In this document: piece by piece, positions 26,685 to 37,100 of the stretch | Position numbering within the stretch: the stretch's first letter is position 1 | Layout of the letters: every line of letters starts with the position of its first letter | Assembly (NCBI GenBank): GCA_963575745.1 | Contig: CAUYUJ010000304.1 | Coordinates: 62,001 to 115,651 of the forward strand | Direction of reading: 5' to 3' | DNA length: 53,651 nt | DNA from: Prorocentrum cordatum | Lineage: Eukaryota | Notes under the pieces: model-generated | What the model was told of the DNA's origin: nothing | The model's database searches: none | The model's input: the letters and a program-made list of their open reading frames with translations, nothing else | Program-made: the position numbers and the translations under genes

Positions 26685-27742
26685 CTGGGCCGGCTGCACT
26701 CGGGTCGGGCGAAAGGGGGGAATAGCAAAGGGGGGGTTTGAGCATCAGCTCGCGTAGCTGATTTTCCCGGCGCCTCCGAGGCGCCGGAGGCGGCTATGTT
26801 TCGAGGAATGGGCCCCTCGGTGAGGCCGAAACCAGCTGCATGCAGCAAATTTCGTACCCCCCCCTTTCCCAATCCCCCCCTTTCTTTCGGCCGGCTGCAC
26901 ATATACGAGAGACCCCAGGCAAGAGTGGCCCCTGGTGCGCGGCTGAACGGGGGGCGCGGGGGGGCCAGGCGTAGGCGCGCAGGCCGCCGCTGCCGCCTCG
27001 CGTTCAGCGACCAGGGCACCCCAGGTGTTACCAGCCTGGAACATATCCCTATCCCGGTGTTGGGCATCGCCTCATCACGATGGCGATCTTAGGGATTCCC
27101 TCAGTTTCTGCGGGTGTATCCCTAAGATTGTCATCTCCTTTTGGGGTGTCAATCTTAGGGATAGGGATAAGTTCGAGGCTGGTGAAGGTGGGCCCGCACC
27201 AGAGGTCACTCCTGGCGAAAGGGCACTCCAACGTCCGGTCGACTGGGGGGCGGCCGCAGGGGGAGCCCTGCCCCGGCTGGGCCCCAGATCCTGGGGGAGG
27301 GGGGGGGCTCCCAGGGCGAGGATCCTCAGTGCGCGTGTTGGCGTTCGGTCGGGCGTGTCCTCCTTCAGGCGGATGCTGGACGAAGAATGACTAATGACCC
27401 AGAAATGGTCCTAAAATGTTCAAACATACTCCTAACATTTATATATATATATATATATAATAAAGTAAAACATTTTTTAAACAAAACAAAAAAAACGTCC
27501 CCCGACTTTTTGCTCTACGATGTTTGAACACTCCTCCTGTAGAGGGACAGGCCCGACCTAATGTTGGCGCCAACCTGTGCGTGCGAGCGACGATCAAAGA
27601 CGGGTCCCTCCCGCGGGCTGGCACAGCGGCCTTATACGCCGCAGCTTACACGCCACCACACTGGAGACGAGGGGGGCGCTTCGCGCGCGGCCTCACGCGG
27701 GGCAGCTTGCGCCGCCCGTGCCGGCGAAGACGCACCCATCCT

Positions 27743-27939
27743 CCCAGACCCCCGACGTCATGACTTGTCCACGGCGTCGACCCCCAGGGGTCTCGACCCA
27801 TTCCCCGGGCCGGGCTCTTCTCATCCTGAGTCGTGTTGTTGACGGTCCCGCGGGGCCCAGCCAGGGCCCCCGGAGGCCGAAAGTGGCGACAGGACCCACC
27901 GCCACGATTTTGCCGTCTCGTGACTCGAGGGGGTCTGGG
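27743..27939. mobile_element. MITE family C copy
   Basis: CCCAGACCCCC..GGGGGTCTGGG termini and internal similarity to 5093-5284. Confidence 0.65.
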
Positions 27940-28585
27940 TACGCGCCATATGTCGGCGAAGACGAACCCATTGTCCTGCGTCGCGCATTTGTCCACCGAA
28001 GCCCTTCTCGGGCGTTGCCAGAACTGGGTTTCGTGGAACCTGGTTTAGTGGTCTGTACCGGGGGCGCCCCCCCGTTCCATTTTCCACTAACCGGAACTGC
28101 CGTCACCCGAAGAAAAAAAACACACCAGCTATGGCAAACCTGGTTTAGTGATTCTGGCTAATTCAAAGGCTCCGGTAAAACGACGCGAAAATCGGGACAA
28201 AATCGGATCGGGATGTTTCGAAATCTCTGAGAATCGGCAGGTTTGGAGGATGTATTGGGCGCCGCGGCCGCTCCAGAGCGTCCCGGAACGCTCTAAGAGC
28301 GCTCCGGAACGCTCTGGAGCGATTTATCCCGATCCTAGCCCTGTTTTATCCGGGGCCCTACCACCAACCGGGTCCCCTCACCTGGGGCCCTGGCCACACC
28401 CGCCCTTCCAGGCGACGCAGGCGGTGCGAGGAGGGCCGGCGCCGGCAGCGTGACCCGTGTGCCGGCGGCGCCCGGGCGGGGTAGCCGCGGACACCGCTCG
28501 GCCATTTTGTATGAGGCGCACGCCCGGAGCAGCACTGGCCGGGCACTCGTGGGAGGCCTCAGCAGCCGCGGGGCAACAGGGGACA

Positions 28586-28616
28586 CCCAGATCATCCGTT
28601 ACCGGAAAAATCCAGG
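28586..28616 (+). repeat. Left TIR of the giant element (CCCAGATCATCCGTTACCGGAAAAATCCAGG)
   Basis: Reverse complement of 51483-51513 with 2 mismatches. Confidence 0.9.
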
Positions 28617-30284
28617 TACGAGCGGGCGCGACCGGTAACGGCGAAATCTAGTGCGTCAGCGGTCGCGACCAGTCGCGACCGACATTGTCAGATTGAAGAT
28701 TCCCGATGATCCGTTACCGATCCGTTACCGACCGTTACCGACCGTTCGACTGATCGATCTGACGATGATCTGACGTCAGATCATTGTCAGACCAACAGTT
28801 CGATCTGACAATGACCATTGTCATATGTATTTCCCGTATGACAATGACCATTGTCAGATATATTTTCAGTCTGACAATGATCATTGTCAGATGACCATTG
28901 TCAGAGGCATTCCTTTCGAGGGGAAGGAGAGGAGGGAAGAGGAAGAGGAAGAGGAAGAGGAGGAGGAGGAGCAGGAGGAGAAGGAGGAGATGATGGCGGT
29001 AAGGAGGAGGAGGGTGAAGATGCGAACGTGCGAACGTAGGTAACGTATCCTGCTCCTCCTCATTCCTCTTATCCCCCTTGTCCATCCCTCCCCAGACGCT
29101 CCTTCAATTCCTCGGACCTCGAAGCACGGGAACTTTCAATTTGTTCCGAGTCGCATCCAGCCGTACAGACGAGGTCGTCAGAAATTGACGTCAAGCGAAA
29201 ACGTGCGAAACCATAGCATTTTAGACAACATCTATCCTCAACTAACCCCTTGTCAGAATTTCGAAGCAAGTCCAGCCGTGACAACAGTCGATGAAGCCAA
29301 AACATGACCATGATTGAAAACTGAGAAAAACAAAATTCCTCGTTCCTCGCTCTGCAGACTGAGACCGCGCATTTTTCACATGCAGCGTGCGCGTCTCGCG
29401 CACCAAGTCGACTGGCACAGAGCCTCTCTCTTGCCCCCCTCGTCCTCTTCCTCAACTTTTTTTCACCTTGATCATCTCACGGCGTAGGCTCCTGTCAATC
29501 CTCTTTCCTCCCCTCCCGTGTCCTCCTGCTCTTGCTTCCCTCTCCTCTTCCTCCTCCTCTTCCTCCCCCTCACTCCCTCCTCCTCCTCCTCCTCCTCCTC
29601 CTCCTCCTCCTCCTCCTCCCTCTCCTCCTCCTCCTCCTCCTCCTCCTCCTCCTCCTCCTCCTCCTCATCATCATCGCTCACCTTCAATCCTGCCTCTATC
29701 TCCGTTCTCCCTGTCCAGCCTCTTTTCCGCGCGTCCCTATCCATCCCCCTATAGAAAAGAGCTGGCCGAGCTGCTGGCTTAGGCTCCAGCCTAGGCCCTA
29801 GGCCGAAACGCTCGAGGAGGAAACCACAGGCGGTGGAGCTGGGAGGTATAGTGAGACTTAACAAAATAAGGTCAGGGAGGAGGAAGGAGAAGAGCATGGA
29901 GATGACGAGGATATCGTGAGGGCGGTAGCATCAATGCAAAGGGTTGCGGACGAAGGGGAAACAGGCCAGGAGAGTTCTCCGAGGACGAATAGAGGAAACG
30001 CTTGGAGGGTGGACGAGGACAGGGGCATGGAGTTGAGAAGGTGTTCCAATTCGAGCTTTTCGGCCTAGCTATTCTCTCTCTCTCTCTCTCTCTCTACTCG
30101 ACGCAGCCGCGGCAATACTGCAAACCCGCTAGCCTTGCGGCCCCCTGGCTGATGCAGAGCTCCTCTCTCTCTTCGTCCCTCGCCGTCGTCTTCCCATGTC
30201 CAACCTTCCCTCCTCCCCCCTTCCTCTCCTTCTCCTTCTCCGCCTTCCTCTCCCCCTCCTTTTTTTGTTGGATTGCATACAATA

Positions 30285-32968
30285 CTATATGCGCAACCAA
30301 AGGGGGGGGGGGGGGCGAAAGTCCAAACTATACCGACCAATGCGCACGCGCTCGCACACCTTCAATGGGACGCTATAGATCGAGGAACCCATGGCACAAC
30401 CTGCGGCAGTCTTGGTTATAAACCGCTGCCAGTCCTCGGGCTGGTAACACCAGACCCAGCGCGGGTTCAGCGGCCCCATTCTAACGAGGTGGTACATCAT
30501 GTGCTGTTTATTTACTAAACTGTATTTAAACCTCACGGGCACGCTGGTCAGAGCTCTTTGGGCAAGGGACTGGTACGTGATCAAGCATCCATCTGCGGCG
30601 GCCCTGAGACGCGAGCTCTCGTCGTCACTCAAAAACATACCACCATTCTGAACGACGTCGTAAAACCGCACCAAATTCTCCACCATCAAAGTGCGGGTCT
30701 TGCCGCCAGGCCCTGCATCCTGGCATTCCCGTGCCAGGACCAAACCCGCGCGCGCCAAGGACCGAACCTCGGCCGCCTTGATGCTGCTTGACAGCGATGG
30801 GAAGCCTGAGTGCGGCGCATCTGGATCCACAATCATTGTAATTTTGAAATTGGACAGCCGATGCTTCAAATCCAACTCTCGGTATATCTCTTGGATGCGC
30901 CCCCAAACTTTGGAGACGCGGGCAGCAATGCTGCCGCGCCCCTCTTCGTAGATAATCTCGTACAGTACATTCGCCACGGCGCGGCTTGCCACGCCGAGGT
31001 CTACTGCGTGCATGATATCCAGGGCAAGCATATACACAGATACACCCCAAACTGAGAACAGGGGATGGTCGGCGTCGAAACCTCGCTCGTGCAGTGTCCA
31101 ATGGCTGGGGCCCCCATCTGGATTTGCAAAATTGTTCCAAGGGTTGTCGCTTTTGTTAGCTGTGCAAAGCCAGCAGAATTTGTCCGACCCTGCAGCTGGC
31201 ATCCCGAGACTCGAGAAATATTCCAAATCTCCCAAAACTGAATGGATAAACGCTCGAAGCGGCTCCTCCCGACTACATAAGAATGTGCCAGCGAGTTGCT
31301 GGCGAGAGGCATCTAAAGGACCGCCTTTCCAATCCACCGCTCCTCAATGAAGAGCCCCCCTCAGGATGCGAGCCCGACCCCTACATCCGGCCACGACGGC
31401 GACGACGACGCCGACGACCTTCGCAACATCCCTGGCGCGCCATAGCCAATGGAAGACAGGGAACACAACTCGCCCGTCCCTGGCCCCCCATCCCGCGAGT
31501 CTCTCTCCTACCACCCTTCACCGAGGCCCCCCATTCCCCAACCCCTTCTGTCTGCGCAATCTCTCCTCATCCTGGAACCCCCTCTGATTTCTAAACCTTC
31601 TACCCCCAGATCATCCCTTATCTCCTCTCCTTTCCATCACACCCCAAAGCCCCTCTCCTCCCCCATCGCCTCCAATCCCATTCCATCCCCAACCCCATCA
31701 CCCTCTCATTTCCCCCCGCGACCCCCCACCCACCTATGTCACGTCGCACCGCTGGCCGCCGAGCCTCCGAGCCGCCAGGCCGGAAGAAGGGGCAAGGGAA
31801 CTAGACGGAATAGGGGTGACATCGGAAGGCGAGGGAAGGGGGCAGGGAGGGGGATGGGAGAGAGCGAGGGGGAGAAAGGGGCCAGGCGAGAGGGAGGAAG
31901 GGGAAGGGCGAGGGAGTGGGAGAAGGACGGGCGCAGTGGAACAGAAGAACCGCACGGAAGGAGCAGGGGGGGGAGAAGAGGACAGCCGAGGTCCAAAGTG
32001 GGGGGGCGGATTTGGCATGACGAAGCCATATTAATCGCGCGTGGGATGCCTGCCCTCGGCCAGGGCGTTGAACGACCATTTTAACATCTCCCAGATTTCG
32101 ACCCAAGTATCCACCCCGTGCCTCGTCCTCTTACAGGAAACACTGAGCGGGCACGAAATTAAATTCAGGGTCAACGCCTTGGTCTTACCCACGGCCCCCA
32201 ATCCCGTCATGGATACTGAAGTACGGGAGTCGTTGCATAAAAATTCGGCTCCGTCCCCGTGGATTCGAAGGGGCACCAAACAATCCTCTCTGGTCTTCTT
32301 GGGGAGCGCCCATGCTGGGTGGTCGCGAAACCGACGGTCTGTCCTGAGATTGTATTATTAAGTGGTAGCGGGGCGCCGGGCAGGTGGAGGGCGCACCATT
32401 TCTATCGTGGGTGGGGCCAAGTCCCTCTCCCATGGATCAAAACCAATACCCCTTCAACTCTCCAGACCCCGACCAGACGAAACAATGTAAACAAAAAAAA
32501 CGCGGTCCTGGATTGGTGCTTCCAGAAGTCGGCCAGCCCGTCCACGGCGAAAACCGTGTCCCACTCGTCGCGATGATGGTGGTACAAATTAGCGAACCAC
32601 TCGTGCGGCAACAACGCGGCGCAATGCATGGGCTTCACGCTCGCACTTTTCTTATCCCACCCTGAAACACTGAAGGTGTACGGTTCGGGCAGATCAGAGT
32701 CGCCGAATGTCCGCATCAAGTCCCGATGGATATTCCCGGGAGTTGCCCCCCACGTGCCCAATGAGGCCAACAGTTGGACCTCTTCGTGACGGAGCCCGTC
32801 CAGGTGTGCTGCGCGGGCCAGCCTTTGCACCTCGGTGGCGGGCACCGCCCCCCATGCCCAGCTCATCAACAACTTAGTTCCCAGTTGAGAAAACTCGGGG
32901 CCACGCGGGAGCCAGGGGATGCGCCTCTGCAACGTCTCCCTCCTCATCGTACGACAAGCGCCCGGCAT
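30285..32968 (-). CDS. CMC (CACTA/Mirage/Chapaev)-like DDE transposase, 3 exons, ~605 aa
   Basis: Exons 32968-32508, 32343-32037 and 31334-30285 join in frame. Motifs in order: LRIHGDG (D1), VLGDLEYF (D2), CWLC (CxxC), LDIMH, KQHMMYH (H-x3-H), WCYQPED (E). This is the CMC/Transib signature order. Intron 1 is GA-AG (164 bp); intron 2 has ambiguous boundaries. Confidence 0.85.
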
Positions 32969-33017
32969 TATGCTTCTTTGGAGGCACGGCTCCAAAGCTT
33001 CTGAGCCCAGGGGGGGC

Positions 33018-33039
33018 CTCGAGCCCCAAAGGCTGGCAC
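33018..33039 (-). other. Possible degenerate relic spliced leader upstream of the transposase
   Basis: Minus strand core AGCCTTTGGGGCTCGAG matches the SL 3' core AGCCATTTTGGCTCAAG at 13/17. It lies ~50 nt upstream of the ATG and just after a 68-nt poly-T. Confidence 0.4.
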
Positions 33040-33042
33040 GTG

Positions 33043-33112
<70 letters not shown>

Positions 33113-33270
33113 AGAAAACGAAAAAAAAACGGGGCCAGGCCGACGAGGGCATCGCGGACTCGGAGACCCGAAAACAATGGAAGGGAGGAGGGGGGAGGCG
33201 AGAGGGTCTGTGGCAATGCAGAAACGGATGACAGCTGTTGTTTTTTTGTGTCGGAGGGGAGGGGGGGTTG

Positions 33271-33306
<36 letters not shown>

Positions 33307-34186
33307 GGGGGGGGGGGGGGAGATATGAGGGAGAGAGGGTGAGTTGGGAGATGGGGGAAGGATCATGAGGGGAGGGGGGAGGGACCAGGCGGCCCAGTCG
33401 CTCGGAGTCCACTGCCCCTGTCGGCCTCGCCCCCTAGTGAGCTGCAGCAGGCGCGTGCAACTGGCGCGCCTACAGACAGAGCACAGGCGGGCACTGGCAC
33501 CTCTCTTGCTCCCTTGCCATGCTGAGAGGGAGGGGGGGGGGAACGGGGGGGGGCAGGGAGGAGGAGGAGAAGGAGGAGGAGTGAGAGGAGGAGGAGGATC
33601 AGGAGGAGGGGAAGGGGTAGGAGGAGGATGGGCCCCCCGCTCATCCTCTTCCCCCTCCTCATCCTCCTCTGTCCTCCTCCTCCTCCTCCTCCTCCTCGCC
33701 CTCATCCTCCCTCATCCTTCCTCTAAGAGGGCGTCTCCTCCTGCCCCTAAGAGGGCGCCTCTAAGAAGGGTGTGTGGGGAGGAAGGGCGGGGGGGGGCCT
33801 TCCTCTGATTTCCCGTCCGCTCTCTTCTTTTCTCCCCCCCCCCCTTCTCGCCCCCCCCCCCCCATGCTCCTCGCCCCTATCCTCATCCTCACCCCCTTAC
33901 TCTTCTCTTATCGTGCCCTCCTCCACGTTCGTGAACTCAGACAAGCCTGACCACTCTTGGAAACGTGCTGTCCGCGGGGTTCTGCCACAGCGCGCGGCGC
34001 GCATGCTGTGTTGTCGGGCGGTGCCTGGCATCGTCTGTGGAAGTGGGCGTCGGGCGCGCGCGCCATGTGCCTGCAATCAACGAGCATTACATGTCCGCGC
34101 CGTGCGAACGAAGGCATGTGCGCGCGCTGGTGCGTGTCACGCGCGCTGCTGTGCCCTCTGCGTGGGCTGCGATGGCAACCTACGAT

Positions 34187-37100
34187 CTACTGGCCGTCGG
34201 TCGGCTCGGAGATCTGCTTGATGGTCAGCAGCTCGATGAACGCAATCTGGAAGGGCAAGATGTTGCTCTTCACCTGCTGGGGCTTCGGCTTCTTCTCCGA
34301 GTCCCAGGCGCCGATGGCGCCGCCGAGCTTCTGGAGCTTCGCCATCACCTGGGCTCAGATGGGCGGCAATGGGCGGCAATGTCCCTCACCGTCCAGTCCC
34401 AGCCCTGCCCCCCGATGATACAGCCATCGGCCTGACCTAAGGAACGGGAAATAAGGAACGAAGCCCCTTTGTGTTCCAAGGAACAATGCATAAGGAACGA
34501 TACATATTGAACAACGCAAACGGAACGATGGATAACGCGTGCAAGTCTAGGGAACGATCGAGCCCCTTTTGAAAGGCAACTGTTCCCTACTCACGCCGCT
34601 CACTGTGCGTCGCTTCCTCCTCCTCCTCCTCCTCCTCCTCCTCGATTTCACCACCACCCCTTCTCACCCGCGCCCCTCTTGACTCCTTGCATCCCTCCTC
34701 ACCCTTTCCTTCCCGCCCCCTCACCCTCCTCGCCCACCTTCGCCGCGCCCTCATCGTTCTCGTTCGCCACTGCCCCCCATCTTTTTCAGCCTTTCCCTAT
34801 CGAAGCGATTCATGGTCTGACGACTGCCTGACGTCAGACCGTCGCCAGATCTCCTGGCGCGTCGTTTCAAGCCACGGCGCGGGCACCCTAACTTGCAACC
34901 TGCCTGATTCGCCCGATCCCCTCATCTGCGCCTGCCCGCCGCTTCCCATTCCCATGCAGTGCCTCTGAGCAGTTCAAGGCTGGACACGCGCGAAAGGGGG
35001 GGGGGGGGGGCGAGGCAGGGGATAGGGGGGGACAGGATGGGGGGGGGAGATAAGGAAAGGAGGAGCAACCTGAGGAGGACAGGGTGGGCAGAGGGAACAC
35101 GGGGAGGGATGCCGAGGAGGGCGAGAGGGAAAGGGTGAGAGCCCCGAGGCAGGGCATGGTTAACCATACATTGCCTTCTTGGCCTGGTGGGCAGACGCTG
35201 GGTTCTTCTGGGCCCACTTGCTGTTGTTGATGTAGCCGCCCACCAGCTCGGTCGCCATCTGTCGCGCCATTTATGCGATCAGAGGGGGGAGGGGCGCGTC
35301 GCTTCTCCTCATCACCCTCCTCCTCCTCCTCCTCCTCCTCCTCCTCTTCATCCTCCTCCTTCTCCTCCTCCTCCTCCGTCTCCTCATCTCCCCCTCCCCC
35401 TTCTCCTCCTCCTCCTCCTCCGTCTCCTCATCTCCTCCTCCTCCTCCTCCCCCTCCTCCTCCTCCTCCTCCTACTCCTCTCCCCCATCCTCTCCCTCCTC
35501 CTTGTCCTGCTCCTCCCCCCCCTCCTTCTCCTTCCCCTTCCCCCCCTCACCCTTCTCTTTGGCAAACAGCGTGGCACTCGGAGAGTTCGGAGCAGGACCG
35601 CAGGGCGGGGGAGTTGGGGGGCACGGGACAGGCAAAGCGAGAACCGCGGGGAGGAGGGATCGGGAATGGCGGCGGAGGGCCACGGGATTGAAGTGGTTGA
35701 GAAACTTAGCGGAGCGAGGTCGGCACGGCGTGGGTTGGGCGAGGGCAAAGGAGCAGATGCAGCGGGAAGTTGGGCGGGGTGGGGAAGCGACGGGTGGAAT
35801 TGAAAAGATTGAGATGGAATAGCGAATTGCACAAACAAAAGTTGGTCCGTGAGGCCCTCGGCGCAAGTGTTGGCGGCGATGCCGACGTCGTCGTTGTTCT
35901 TGAGGTCGGCCACCTTGATGAGCTGGATCTGAGCGGTCTGCTTCTTGAGGTTGTCCAGCTTCGACGTCTGAGAAGCAGAAACGAGAGGGGGGGGAGGGCG
36001 AGCTGGTTCTGACATATCGAACTGCGTACAGGCTGGCTCGCTTGGCGTTTCGATAAGGCGTCGCAGCAAGCTGAATCCGCCGAAAAGCCCCAGGCGCGCA
36101 GCAGGGATTGCACAATGTGGAAGTGGTGGCTGCGAAGGACAGGCTGGGCGAGGAGGGATTTGAGGCATCTGTTTTTGCAGGACTAGGGTGGCCAATTTGC
36201 GCTCGGCACCGATGTCCATAGACGCTGACTCTCGGACACGGACACATCAAGTCACAGGGCGGGTAATGGGGGATGGTGGCTTCTGAATTGGGGAAATGTG
36301 ACGTGTATCAAGCCGCGCCCACGGAGGTTTCTGAGTCCGACGACGGATATGCGCTGGGAGGGCGGCGGGCAGCGAGGGGGGGGGGGAGGCCGAGGAGGAG
36401 GGCGAGGGGTGGAGATTACATGGGGAGAAGGAGCACGGGATGAGGCGAGGGAGGTGGAAGCAGAGAAGGGACGAGGAGGAGGAGCACTCGTGCGATGGCA
36501 CATCCCCCAGGATGAGAGGGGGGGTGGAGCGCGGGGCAGGGGCGCATAGGGGGAGAGGTACATGGGAGGAGTGGCACATGTAGGAGAGGAGAAGGAAAAC
36601 AATGCACATCCCCCAATCATCCCTTGCGATGAGCTGCCTTCTGGCGCTTGCTCGCGTTCTCCTCTGTAGCTGACCCGCGCCCTCGTCCGCGTCCGCGGCC
36701 CCTGCCTCCTCCCCCGCCGTCTGCACGGCCATCAAGCAGGGCGGCGTGCTTGGCCCCGCTCTCCACGTCAAGGCCCATGGCAGACATCCCACCTTCGGTC
36801 GCAATATACCAAACCCCCCTGGCATTCGCACTCATTTCCCGAATGTGCACAGGAAGTCGCGTCAGAAGACCTCCCGAGCATCTCAGACAAGATGTTCAGG
36901 CGTTCGTTTCCAGAGAACCGTTGTCACCATCATAGCGCCTTCGTTTCCAGATCGACGCTTCCCGAAGGCAGCCCTCCAGGTCAAATCGGAAGCTTGGCTC
37001 CAGAATGCCATGGGGGACTCGGGCGCAGTGGCGAGTTTCGCTACTCCCGATTTCGCAATAAACGGGAGGGGGTCTGGACCCTCCAAGACAAGCCATTTCA

